From: Octopus bimaculoides | Lineage: Eukaryota | Direction: 5' to 3' | Length of the DNA stretch: 32,067 bases | Assembly (NCBI RefSeq): GCF_001194135.2 | Contig: NC_068985.1 | Location: forward strand, 27,032,184 to 27,064,250 | Shown: one piece after another, positions 1 to 11,219 of the stretch | How the letters are laid out: each line of letters starts with the position of its first letter | Position numbering within the stretch: the first letter of the stretch is position 1 | The notes under the pieces: model-generated | Told to the model about the DNA's origin: nothing | Seen by the model: only the letters and a program-made list of their open reading frames with translations | The model's database searches: none | Position numbers and translations under genes: made by a program

Positions 1-28
1 TTTTTTTTTTTTTTTTTTTTTTTTTTTT
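1..28 (-). repeat. poly(T) run, possibly the poly(A) tail of a minus-strand retroposed sequence
   Basis: 28 consecutive T at the window edge. The parent element is not identified. Confidence 0.5.
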
Positions 29-405
29 ATCGATTTCATACAAAGCAGTCACCATGGCTTCACAGACATTGAGTGAAGAATGAATAAATTCTACGCATCA
101 TGAACAAAACGAGAATCAACAACGGCCCAGCCGCGATAAAACTACAGCGGGAAGAGAAGTTGTAAAACTATGTAAAAATATCTCCATATGGCTGACTGAC
201 TGACATTTCAATGTGGGATTTCCAAATGAATTAATTAATAACTAGAACACGAAAATCAGTCGTTTTCTACCTCGCGTGTCATTTCGTCAGAAATGTCAAC
301 ATGACCGGCTTTCCCTACCAATATCGACAAATTACTAAGAGATTAGATTAGTTGAATCCAACCATATTTTCTTACTGGTGTGAGTTATATCTTCATCCGT
401 TATTG

Positions 406-619
406 TTTACTTGTTTCAGTCACTGAACTGCGGCTATGCTGGGGCTCCGCCTTGAAGGCTTTAGTCGAACAAATCGACCCCAGGGTTTATTATTTTTATT
501 AAATCCTGATACTATTCTGTCGATTTCTTTTTGTTGAACAGCTAAGTTACAAGGACGTTAACAAACCAACACAGGTCGTCAAGCGCTGGTGGGGGACAAA
601 CACAAAGATACACAGATAC
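406..619 (-). mobile_element. SINE family A, 3' half (outer copy of a nested pair)
   Basis: Reverse complement of 878-1062, sharing the motifs ttacttgtttcagtca, gtcgaacaaatcgacccc and ggtgggggacaaacac. Confidence 0.85.
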
Positions 620-779
620 GCAGGAGTGGCTGTGTGGTAAGTAGTTTGCTTACCAACCACATAGTTCTGGGTTCAGTCCCACTGCGTGACACCTTGGGCA
701 AGTGTCTTCTACTATAGCCTCGGGCCAACCAAAGCCTTGTGAGTGGATTTGGTTGACGGAAGCTGAAAGAAGCCCGTCG

Positions 780-863
<84 letters not shown>

Positions 864-1074
864 TGTTTGTGTGTGTGCTTGTCCCCCATAACATCGCTTG
901 ACAACCGATGGTGGTGTGTTTACGTCCCCGTAACTTAGCGGTTCGGCAAAAGAGACCGATAGAATAAGTACTAGGCTTACAAAGAATAAGTTCTGGGGTC
1001 GATTTGCTCGACTAAAGGCGGTGCTCCAGCATGGCCACAGTCAAATGACTGAAACAAGTAAAAGAGTAAAAGAG
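620..1074 (+). mobile_element. SINE family A, full length: tRNA-derived head, internal (TA)(TG)n, (GTAAAAGA)n tail
   Basis: A-box-like TGGCTGTGTGG at 627-637, B-box-like GGTTCAGTCCC at 670-680, ACCTTGGGCAAG after the head. The body recurs at 4601, 20471, 22520 and 25690. Confidence 0.9.
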
Positions 1075-1223
1075 ATATACGACACGCTTCTTTCAGTTTC
1101 CGTCCGCCGAATATACTCACAAGGCTTTTGTTGGCCCAGAGCTATGCAAGGTGCCACGCAGTAGAACTGAACCCGAAACTATGTAGTTGGGAAGGGAGTT
1201 TCTTACCACACAGCCATCCCTGC
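1075..1223 (-). mobile_element. SINE family A, 5' half (outer copy of a nested pair)
   Basis: Reverse complement of the 620-785 head (cttctttcagtttccgtc, actcacaaggcttt, cttaccacacagccat). Confidence 0.85.
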
Positions 1224-1766
1224 ATACATTTACAATATAAACGTTTTGCAAAAGATGCTTCATACAGTCATAATATTTGAAGAAAACGTTTCTTAAAAAT
1301 TCTTACTAAAAAAATCATTGAAAAACAGAATGACGAGAATCTTTTAGAAGGAAGTTTTCGTATATAAATATACAAATTTACAACGAAACTCTTTGTTGTC
1401 TGATTAATTGCATATAGTGAAGATCAAGTTGACCAGGACTTCGTTTCCCCTATTAGCTGGTTGAATAGCCGATATGTGATTAGCATATATAGAAAGAACT
1501 ATAGGAAATACACATAACTTGCTTTCAGTGGAATATACACACGCTAGCTTCGCTTATGCAGTATCGGAAAACGTGCTATAAAAAACAAAGCACTTTTAAC
1601 TATTTAGAGATGCGTAATGTGTAAAACAGATAGATACATACTGAGTGTAATATCTCAATATAGACAGACAGACAGACAGAGATATCAAGTATAAAACTCC
1701 AGTACGATTAGTCAGTTGATTTCTTTTGGAAAATGAAAACATCAAAGTGAATTTTGTCTTTTAAAC

Positions 1767-2044
1767 CGGTGGTTCTTATCTGGGGGTCCATATGGCTCTT
1801 GAAGGTCCATATAAGATTTTGTTGGTAAAATTTATTTGCAATAAATTGATTAAACTTCTACAATACACAAAATATTTTTTGAACTAATTGTATTTAAAAA
1901 CTAATATTTTAAAATACAATTCCTAATAATATTTAATTGTAAAAATATAATATGAATTTTCAAACATCAAATGGTTAGGAGAGTAAATCCGAGTAGAATA
2001 GGAATCAAAGGAGTCCATAGGTAAAAAAAATAATTGAGAAACGG
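1767..2044. mobile_element. hAT/Charlie-like MITE with 8-bp TSD
   Basis: Identical TTTTAAAC at 1759-1766 and 2045-2052, with a central TA. The ends cggtggttcttat and ttgagaaacgg resemble degenerate CAGTGGTTCTCAA-type TIRs. The interior is AT-rich and non-coding. Confidence 0.65.
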
Positions 2045-2134
2045 TTTTAAACAAACCGGTGACTGTAACATGCATGTTTCGGTCATATTAGGTCTCATCA
2101 GCGAAACAAAGTCTACCCAGTTCGTACTTAAATC

Positions 2135-2430
2135 TTGCGTACGTGCAGGTGCCTAGCCTCGTGGTTTGGGTGTTGGACTCGCAATCGCATAATACTGGTT
2201 GCGATTCCTGCGCCGGGCGCTACGTCGTGTTCTTGAGCAAAACACTTTATTCCATGTTGCTTTGCAATCCCTTCGACATCTGACGTAGTGCACCTGTACA
2301 AGGAATGCCGATTTGATGGAGAGAGAGGGTTAATGCACAGCACAAACGTTTGATCACTATAAACAAATTATCAGTGCCGGTTGTTCAGCAAGAAATTGCG
2401 GAACTTTCAATCCCTCACCTGTCGTCTGCA
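2135..2430 (+). mobile_element. tRNA-derived SINE family D
   Basis: Degenerate tRNA-like head followed by GTGTTCTTGAGCAAAACACTT. The head resembles the reverse complement of 22020-22088. Confidence 0.55.
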
Positions 2431-2443
2431 ACAAGAGAACCAA

Positions 2444-2482
<39 letters not shown>

Positions 2483-2942
2483 TGAGTGAGAAAAAGAGGA
2501 GGAAGAGAAAGAATGTATAAACGAAGTATATTTTACTTAGTCCTGCCAATGATGAAAACCTGCTTCGCTAAGAAGGTTTAATTAGAGCGAAATATGTCCG
2601 TTGCTTTCACCAGGTCCAGTTTCGTTTGCTGCACATAACTTCAATGTGTAGAATCAGTGCAAGTATTACAGGAATACATCTCATACTCTTTCAGTTGCTG
2701 GTTTTTATATATTAGGTCTGATTGTGCCAATGTGTCTCTAATTATATCTGTAATAGCAAAGAGAAATGTTTAAGTACCACACAATCTCAGGTTCGACCCT
2801 GATTTATATGTGTGAGGCATATACACTTATCTCGACACGGCGGGTGAAATGAAAAGTATATTGCATTCGAACGTTCTACTGAAATTGAATTCATCTATAA
2901 AATAGACGATTATCTAAAGAAAGATATTAAATGCCCAACAAC

Positions 2943-2973
<31 letters not shown>

Positions 2974-3196
2974 GTGGGTAGATATAGAGTTGTAGAGAGA
3001 TATAAAGAAATACAGGAATAGATAGTCTCAAAGAACTAACAAAGAGAAAGATAAAGACTTTATATATATATATTAAAATATAGGGCACATCTTGTGTCTA
3101 TTTCTAGCACATTGAATGTCCACGTTAGTGGTCAACGTTATATATAAAAATNNNNNNNNNNNNNNNNNNNNNNNNNNNNNNNNNNNNNNNNNNNNN

Positions 3197-3261
<65 letters not shown>

Positions 3262-3774
3262 TAGAGGTGGACAGATACATTCAAGATATTTATCCAAAAA
3301 TAAATATCAAGAGCTATAGATAGAGTGAACGAGTGAATTAGTAACTTCAAATGTTTTCATAAAAAGATATGATATGAGATTAAAAGCAACAAGTTTAACT
3401 GCTTAACTAAACTAATTAGCCTTTGATAATTATAATTATTTCTACGAGAAACATTAAGCTGTCAGTCAAACGTTTCATTTAATCAAATACTCCCACATCG
3501 GTAATTATCTACTCAGTCAGACCAATAATTCTCAAGAACCCCGTGAAATGTTTGAGATGGAGCAGAATTATTCCTTAATTAATTGTGTCACGAAATGAAA
3601 TCATTGATTTCTTACATAAACACAATGTCTCAGATTTATAAGGAAAAAAAGAAACTGTAATTTATGTCGTTCATGCATTTCTCATGAGCATTAGCAGGCT
3701 AAGGTAAGTCTTACGCTGCTGCTACTACTGTAGTAGTAGTAGTAGTAGTAGTAGTTTAGACACTGGTCAGTCTC

Positions 3775-3895
3775 GGTCAAATATAGCTATAATCAAAGGA
3801 GTTCTTCATCATCCCATTTATTATTCAGATAAGACTAACACGGAGATTCGGCTGATATCTCTAGCAGGTCGAGTGACTGCGTAGAGGCTGCTCCG
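3775..3895 (+). repeat. interspersed repeat family C (diverged)
   Basis: Shares the ctataatcaaagg...catccc and tctagcaggtcgagtgac motifs with 10160-10345, 10445-10600, 20380-20440 and 23930-23995. Confidence 0.5.
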
Positions 3896-4008
3896 ACTCA
3901 CAAATGATTACCTTGCATATTGATTACTTTTGACGATAGCAAATTAATTCTTGTTCAACTCGAATATGCTTGATATGTAATCGATGTCATTGTTCAAACG
4001 AACCTTAG

Positions 4009-4170
4009 GGCAGTTGGTGGCAGAATTAGTAGAATATCGGCCAAACTACCTTGCGATATTTCGTTGCGTCACTCTTACTGTGAGTTCGACTCCCGCTGGG
4101 GTTCAGTTTACCTTTCAACCTTCTGGATAAGTACCAATCAAATACGGAGATGATTTAATCGTTTGCTCTC
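4009..4170 (+). mobile_element. SINE family B (diverged)
   Basis: ggcagaattagtag...gagttcgactccc...ttacctttcaacc...gataagtacca aligns with 25890-26120. Confidence 0.65.
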
Positions 4171-4543
4171 TTTCACACCATGTAGACATGTGTGGGCACA
4201 TATATAAATACATACATAGATATGTGACTGTGTGTGTGTGTGTGTGTGTGTGTGTATACAGTGATGGATTCGAGGGTTTCGTTTATTTACGAGTTGATTT
4301 CTTAATTTCACCGGAGTATAACTACCTATAATGGTGATACTTAAAATAAAAATTAATTCAGTTCAATTAAAAAGCATGGGTAATCAACGCAATGTAAGAT
4401 ACACTATAATTTGCGAAAAAAATTATCTGCGCGCAGGATATGCATCGCCCCTCCGATGCCCTTTTTTCTTTTCGTACCCTATAGAATAGATCTTGGTAAA
4501 CAGAGACCGTTCAGCAGCCTCTCTCTCTCTCTCTCTCTATTCA

Positions 4544-4590
<47 letters not shown>

Positions 4591-4600
4591 GGAGAAAGAG

Positions 4601-4999
4601 AAGCGCAGGTATGGCAAGAAGCTTGCTTCTCAACCACACTGTTCTGGGTTCAGTCTCATTGCGTAGCACCTGGCCTAAGTGTCTTTTACTGTAGCTCCAG
4701 GCCGACCAAAGCCTTGTGAGTGAATTTGGTAGGCAGAAACTGAAAGAAGCCCGCCGTATATAAATGTGTGTGTAAGCGCGCGCGAGCGTCTTGTGTCTGT
4801 TTGTCAACCACCACCGCTTGACAACCGGTGTTGGTTTGTTTAAGTCCCTGTAATCTAGCGATTCGGCAAAACACATCGATAGAATAAGTTCTAGGCTTTT
4901 AAAAATAAGTACAGGGGTTGTTTTGTTCGACTTAAAACCCTTCAAGGCGGTGCCCTCGAATGGTTGCAGTCAAATGAGTGAAACATAAGTAAAACATAA
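4601..4999 (+). mobile_element. SINE family A
   Basis: Colinear with 620-1074, with a short internal microsatellite. Confidence 0.85.
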
Positions 5000-5165
5000 G
5001 ACGCGCGTGCTTTATGTCTCGTAACTTAGCGTTTGATTGATAACAACGATAACGTAAGTACAAGACCAAAATGCGTTCTAGTTCGATATCATTGACAAGC
5101 TTCAAGGCAGCGCTTCAACTGCTCCAGCATGGTCGCAGTCCAATAACTGAAGCTTGTAAAAGAAT
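5000..5165 (+). mobile_element. SINE family A, 3' fragment in tandem
   Basis: gtaacttagcg...cttcaaggc...ctccagcatggtcgcagtc matches the family A 3' half. Confidence 0.65.
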
Positions 5166-6159
5166 ATCGATTTTTTCTATTATTTCTCAAGTCATCCAAA
5201 ACGCAAGGTGCAGTTGACATTCTGAAACTGATCTTTGTAAGACAAGAAACTATTTTGAAAGACTGAAAATAGCGTCACCACAATTTGCAGAGGTCCAACA
5301 TGAATTGTGACTAAAATGTTTTTGTTATAACTCTCGTTTTTTTTTTGTCTCAATACAATTATATACAACTCAAGATGGCTTCTGTCTACTTATTCTAAGT
5401 TTAATAGCAATTTAAAATCAATACTGACTTAGGTTCAATAGGGCAGTTTTAAAAATAAAATTACCATGAAATATCACGATAAGATGTGGCATTTGTGATA
5501 TAGTAAGCATGACAAGAATAATTAGGGTGTTTGATTCCGGAACTGCTAGCATCTATGAGCTTTATCGGCTGTAACTTATCTGTGGCATACTGTGCATATT
5601 GACGTAATGCATCCTGAACGCTTTACAGTAAACTTCGGTAAGATTTTACAAAATAAAATCAATATATTCCAATGATAGATATAATGTAGATGCTTATTAC
5701 TCATACATGTCTAATTAGTAATATAGCTTCAGCAGAGAAAAACAAGAATAATTATTTAGTCATATTTAATTAAAATTTTCCATTTACTTTTCGGCTTAGC
5801 TCGATAGTTACTCTCTAAACAAAGATGTAATGAAGCTCGTAATGTATTAGTTGAACGCTTAAAAAGGAAGGAGTTTTGACGTATCAGGCGTTAATCTTTG
5901 ATGAGAAGAAAGATAAAAAAAAAAAGAAAAATAAAAGAGGAGAAAGAATGAGAAAAGGTGGTTGAAGAAAAATAGAGTGAAGAGGGTAGGAGCCAGGTGG
6001 GAATGCGTTTTTATAGTGGGAATTAGGGGTGGGATAATAATGCATTTAGGCCTCATTGGGTCTTGTCAATGATGTTTCTCAACAAAAACAAAAACACTAA
6101 CAAAAAATCAAAAATGAAATTGATATATATGTTTCAAACGTAAGCACAAAGCTTATAAT

Positions 6160-6330
6160 TTGAGGGGAAGGGCAAGTCGATTACCAGCAACCCCAGTACT
6201 TAATTGAACCCTGAAACGATGAAAGAAAAAGTTGACTTCGGGATTTGAAATGAGGATGTAAAGGTTCGGAATAAATAATGCAAGGCATTTTTTTTCTGAT
6301 TCTATACGGATTCCGTCAAACCACGCCACC
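6160..6330 (-). mobile_element. SINE family B (diverged)
   Basis: aagtcgattac...ccccagtact...gatgaaag...aagttgac is the reverse complement of the family B core. Confidence 0.6.
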
Positions 6331-6966
6331 ATATTTGAAGTTCATGTTATTTTTTCAAAATGGATCTAATAAATATCGCATTCCATCTTTTATTCAGAGC
6401 ATCGATAAAACAATAAAATTTATCAAATTTTTCCAAGTGGCTATTGGAAAAAGAAGGGTTGGTGGAAGGGTGTATGACAGGCAGCAGAATAAATCTTTTC
6501 TTTCAACATAGATGTCAATCATCAAATTGTTATTTTAAGTTTTTATAACAAAAAATTGTGCATAAGTCTACAGTAACCACATTAGAATGTGTCGATTTAG
6601 TCTGTTAGTGACTTGACATTTTTTTGTTTAATGTGAGTTTTTTTTTAAATAAGTTAAAAAATATAATGGATAAAAATATTGTGTAAATATTTGATTACAT
6701 ACCATACGAATTATCTCTTCAGACAGATTTACCTTCGGTTTTTAACGATTTACCTCAGCTCTTTTAACTTCCGCTTAAGTATTTCGCTAATCTAAGCGCT
6801 GCAGACTTTCTGCAATGAAAGTTCAAAATACACAAGTTAAAATTACGCCCGCCCGCGCATTCTTTCTTTGCTTAATGAAAGCATAAAAATATTAGGTGTT
6901 CTGTTCATGCTATACATACATATATATATGTATGTATATATGTGTGTGTGTGTGTAAAATAATGGT

Positions 6967-7281
6967 TGTTACTACTCTTTTTAACCCCAGGAGGACACCT
7001 CCTCCAGCTGGTTAACGACACGATATCCGTATCCGTTATAGTGCAAACAACTCCCATCCATCGGTGGGTGACAGGACCAATAGCCCTTCCTCAGTATTGG
7101 TACACCTGTCTGCTACACACAGCTGTCGTTCGTTCCAATTCGCAATGTATAAATAAATAAGCGACGTTCAGCCGCTAATCTTGCAAGAAGCAAAGTAGCT
7201 TGTTCTAAAATCTCTATAAGAGATGCAAATAGTAACTCGACTGAAGGAGGTGTCCTCCTGTGGTTAAAAAGAGTAGTAACA
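6967..7281. mobile_element. MITE-like element with 41-bp terminal inverted repeats
   Basis: 6967-7007 and 7241-7281 pair at 39/41. There is an internal hairpin at 7070-7110 and no clear TSD. Confidence 0.7.
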
Positions 7282-7386
7282 TTGTTTTGTACGGAACAAC
7301 CACGTTGGGATGGTAATAATCATTACTTTCCAGTAGGGTCACTATTTGCATCTCTTATAAAAATTTTAGAACTAGCTACGTTGCTT
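7188..7386. repeat. 48-bp inverted repeat interleaved with the MITE TIRs
   Basis: 7188-7235 pairs with 7339-7386 at 43/48. Confidence 0.85.
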
Positions 7387-7916
7387 ATATATATNNNNNN
7401 NNNNNNNNNNNNNNNNNNNNNNNNNNNNNNNNNNNNNNNNNNNNNNNNNNNNNNNNNNNNNNNNNNNNNNNNNNNNNNNNNNNNNNNNNNNNNNNNNNNN
7501 NNNNNNNNNNNNNNNNNNNNNNNNNNNNNNNNNNNNNNNNNNNNNNNNNNNNNNNNNNNNNNNNNNNNNNNNNNNNNNNNNNNNNNNNNNNNNNNNNNNN
7601 NNNNNNNNNNNNNNNNNNNNNNNNNNNNNNNNNNNNNNNNNNNNNNNNNNNNNNNNNNNNNNNNNNNNNNNNNNNNNNNNNNNNNNNNNNNNNNNNNNNN
7701 NNNNNNNNNNNNNNNNNNNNNNNNNNNNNNNNNNNNNNNNNNNNNNNNNNNNNNNNNNNNNNNNNNNNNNNNNNNNNNNNNNNNNNNNNNNNNNNNNNNN
7801 NNNNNNNNNNNNNNNNNNNNNNNNNNNNNNNNNNNNNNNNNNNNNNNNNNNNNNNNNNNNNNNNNNNNNNNNNNNNNNNNNNNNNNNNNNNNNNNNNNNN
7901 NNNNNNTATATATATA

Positions 7917-8385
7917 TAAAATATTAGTTATAGAATAAAAACGCTGGGTTAACGACTGAACATATCACACCCCCTCAATGAACATATATCAGAGATACAA
8001 CATAATCCATCAAACAAGGAATAAAAAAATATTAGAATAACGTAAGAATTAATTTTAACTTCAACTTGATTCGAAACTTCTATGAAATGATATATATGTG
8101 TATTGTGTTATACCTTTAACTCAATTTTATTTGTATGTTATCGGTTGAAATAATATATTCGTGTATAAAATTTTATATTATATGTTCTATTCCTTGCATC
8201 TTACTTCTTATATATTTCTTATTCTTTTTTATTATTTATTTATTTTATTTTCTTACGTTATTCTTATATGTTTTTATTCCTTATGCTTGACGGATTATGT
8301 TGTATCTCTAATATATGTTCATTGAGGTGGGTGGGATATGTTGAGTCGTTAACCCAGCGTTTTTATTCTATAAACTAATATTTTA
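7917..8385. repeat. fold-back element with ~131-135-bp inverted arms
   Basis: 7917-8047 versus the reverse complement of 8251-8385 shows 7 substitutions and 3 small indels by eye. The spacer is about 200 bp and AT-rich. Confidence 0.9.
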
Positions 8386-8467
8386 CTCTTGTCTCAATTA
8401 TTCTGAGCACTTCTCCTTGCAGCCCTGTATAAAATCTATTAGTTTCATAATAAGAAACTATTAATAT

Positions 8468-8509
<42 letters not shown>

Positions 8510-9109
8510 GTGATCGCACGTGTGTATATATATAATCATTTGTTCATAAATAAGCTATCCTACTATAAAAGCCCTGGTCATTGAAATATTCAGCATGTAG
8601 AGATTAAAAATACATTCCCACTCCCCATCCATTGCAATAGGAGCCTCGGGAACGATAAAAAAGAAGGCACAGATAAATATCTAACCAAAACGCCTGGGCT
8701 TATACTCATTAACACAGAAAATGTCTGTACTATACACTACACATGCATGACGTAATCTCAATGTATTAGAACAAAAAAAAAATATAGCCCTGTACAGAAA
8801 CGGAGCTTACAGAGCTGAGCTTGGTTATTGCACGCAATATCAATAACAGCGAAAGCACGCAATAACAATAAAACAGTAGTAGTAGTAGTAGTAGTATATT
8901 GCCATCAGGACCATTCATGCATTTACACAATGGAAACGCACAAAGGGGTTTCAAAATATATTGAGATAAACGCAGCAAATTCATTTATAAACAGGAAAAG
9001 GGGTAAGGCATACGATACAAGGTTAGAAATTTCTTTTCTATTTATTATTTATTTATTGTTGAAATTACACAAAATAACTAAATATATAAAGTTATTAATA
9101 TATAACATT

Positions 9110-9270
9110 GGCGACGGCGGCGAGCAGGCAGAATCGTTATTACATTAGACAAAATGCTGAGCAGTATTTCGTCCTTATATTCTGAGTGCGAATTCCGTTG
9201 TGGTCGACTTTGTCTTTCATCCTTTCGAGGTCGACAAAAATAAGTACCAGTTGAACATTGAGGTCGATGT
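9110..9270 (+). mobile_element. SINE family B
   Basis: gcagaatcgtta...ctgagtgcgaattcc...gtcgactttgtctttcatcctttcgaggtcgacaaaaataagtaccagtt. The core resembles Deu/Nin-type SINE domains (from recall, unverified). Confidence 0.85.
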
Positions 9271-9291
9271 GGGGTGGGGTGGGGGCCCGTT

Positions 9292-9447
9292 AGAAGTTAA
9301 TCGGTTAAGTCAAGAACAGTACGTAACTGGTAATTTATCTTGTCGACCCTGAGGGGAAGATAGGAAAATTTGGACGTGGCAGGATTTGAAACCAGAAGGT
9401 AAAGAGCCGTAAAAAAATACTACTATACATTTCTTCTGACACCCTAA
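9292..9447 (-). mobile_element. SINE family B (diverged), tail-to-tail with 9110-9270
   Basis: aactggtaatttatcttgtcgaccc...ggatttgaaaccagaa is the reverse complement of the family B core and B box. Confidence 0.65.
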
Positions 9448-10159
9448 CTATTTCTGTCATATAAACACACAATTTAACGATAAAATTTCAAGGAAACACA
9501 ATTCCTTAAGCCAGTAACTGGTTAAAAAGTAACTGGTCTTGAAGATGCACTTTAGCAATTCGGATGACAGAACGGACAAGAATGGGTCTTCCTGGTAACT
9601 TGAATACAGAGATGTATAGCTATCAAATGTAATTCTCTTGTCTGCTGCATGCTCTACACAGTCGCAGCCCATCTCGCAAATCTGCGCTTGATCCCCAAAT
9701 TCATGTTGTACATTTAATCATCCATTTGTTCTTCGTTCGCAACACAAAAAAAAGTTGTAAAAATCGTTAGAATGAAATTAAGCTGTTCGTCTTCCCTTTT
9801 GTCCCACTTTTACCTCCTTTTTCACCGCCCCATGAACGTTTATCTCCTCTTCGACTAAAGATTTTGGAGTGATAATACTGAGAAGTAAAAATAATACGTT
9901 TCACAACAAAATGAGTATTGGAGAAGGAAAAAAATTCTCGACGAAGCGAATCGTCTCAATTTCTATTCGAAATTCTTTCGTTTCACTTATGTCGCTAATG
10001 CCCTCAATTCATTTTAGGAGCTCTCATTTTTCTGTTATCCTACCTTGCATTGAAACCATTAAGACCTGGTCTAACACTATTGATGTTGTTATAGTTGATG
10101 TTGATTTAAGGGTTGTCATCTTCATTATTATTATTATTATTATTACTATTTTTTCTTAG

Positions 10160-10345
10160 TTGGCTTAATTGAACAGACATATGATTAAAGGCATTCTAGG
10201 CATAAACATCCCACCATTCTCTCGGCCAGTTCACATCTAAGGTTATATGATTCATTGTGTAATTTCTTTTTCAAGACTGTAGGGTATTATATAAGGGACA
10301 TTAGGTTGCTATTTCTCGTAGGTCGTACGACCACGTAGAGGCTCT
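10160..10345 (+). repeat. interspersed repeat family C
   Basis: cagacatatgattaaaggcattc ... gacattaggttgctatttctcgtaggtcgtacgaccacgtagaggct. Confidence 0.6.
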
Positions 10346-10444
10346 GTGGCAATAAAGTGTTGTAGAATATAATTTAGTTTTCAATCAGTAGCGACAGTTT
10401 TCAGTTATCATATCCTAGTTATCATTGGAACCTTCTCACAGTCG

Positions 10445-10600
10445 TTTAACCTACTAAAAATAACAGCCAAATGTCTCTCCAGCCTCACTCCAGCATCTCA
10501 AAAACAGGAGAACATTGTACTTGTAAAATACTGGGGAGGTCATGATGCGACGCTTTTGGTCATATATCTGCACGATCAATCCAGAGTTGTGGTTAAACAA
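10445..10600 (-). repeat. interspersed repeat family C, inverted relative to 10160-10345
   Basis: The reverse complement contains cagatatatgaccaaaagcg and gacatttggctgttatttttagtaggttaaacgac. Confidence 0.6.
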
Positions 10601-11219
10601 CTTGCATCACAAATGTTATTGGGAAAAACATTAACAGCCGACCACTTCCTGCTCGTTGACATATTTGGTTTTATGTCTATATAAGGAATAAAAAAATTCA
10701 AAAATACTTGACAATTTTTCTAAGAATCAAAAATTCTAGAAAATTATTTTGCGGTGTTTCTGTGTATTTATGTTTGTATGCTCACATCTGTGTGCGACTA
10801 AATTTTTGTATATGCATGCGAGAATCCTGGTAGGCTTGTATGTATTGTGTGCATGAACAAGCATTTGTGCATGCGTTCGTGAAGGTATATGTATGTGTGT
10901 GCATGTTCCATATTATAGAATTTGTACTTTTGTGCATTTTTATTATTCATATTTATATGATGTTTATGTCGTTGTATCTGCATCATTTGTACAACTCGAG
11001 AAAATATATGAGCCGATTTTGCAATACGACTCTTCAAAATAAACTCAATACCAATTTATTCGCTTCTAAAGACATTTGTCGTTTTTTTCTTTTTCCTTTT
11101 CTTTCTGCTTTCTTTTCGTGGAGTGGAGACGTTGCTTTATCTTTTCCCTTTCGTTATAGTAATGGTTTCTAGCATATTAATGATTTTTAACATAGAGACC
11201 ACAAATTAGTGTGCAGTTG

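Noticed and set aside
620-690. tRNA-like sequences at SINE heads
   Set aside because: They have A/B boxes only, no complete cloverleaf, and continue into SINE bodies.
650-938. ORFs with HT/CV/YI/ER/SL runs here and throughout, and all X-filled ORFs
   Set aside because: They are translations of dinucleotide microsatellites or N gaps.
2641-2747. Minus-strand candidate terminal exon (IIRDTLAQ...DSTH*) with a good acceptor, and an overlapping signal-peptide-like MRCIPVILALIL frame
   Set aside because: It is short, has no homology, and is not phase-linked to the other candidates.
7070-7110. CTGAGGA plus AGGGC/GTCCT stem on the minus strand
   Set aside because: It is followed by GTCA rather than GAAA, so there is no catalytic core.
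9457-9720. Minus-strand ORF MGCDCVEHAADKR...
   Set aside because: No recognisable domain and no convincing splice sites.
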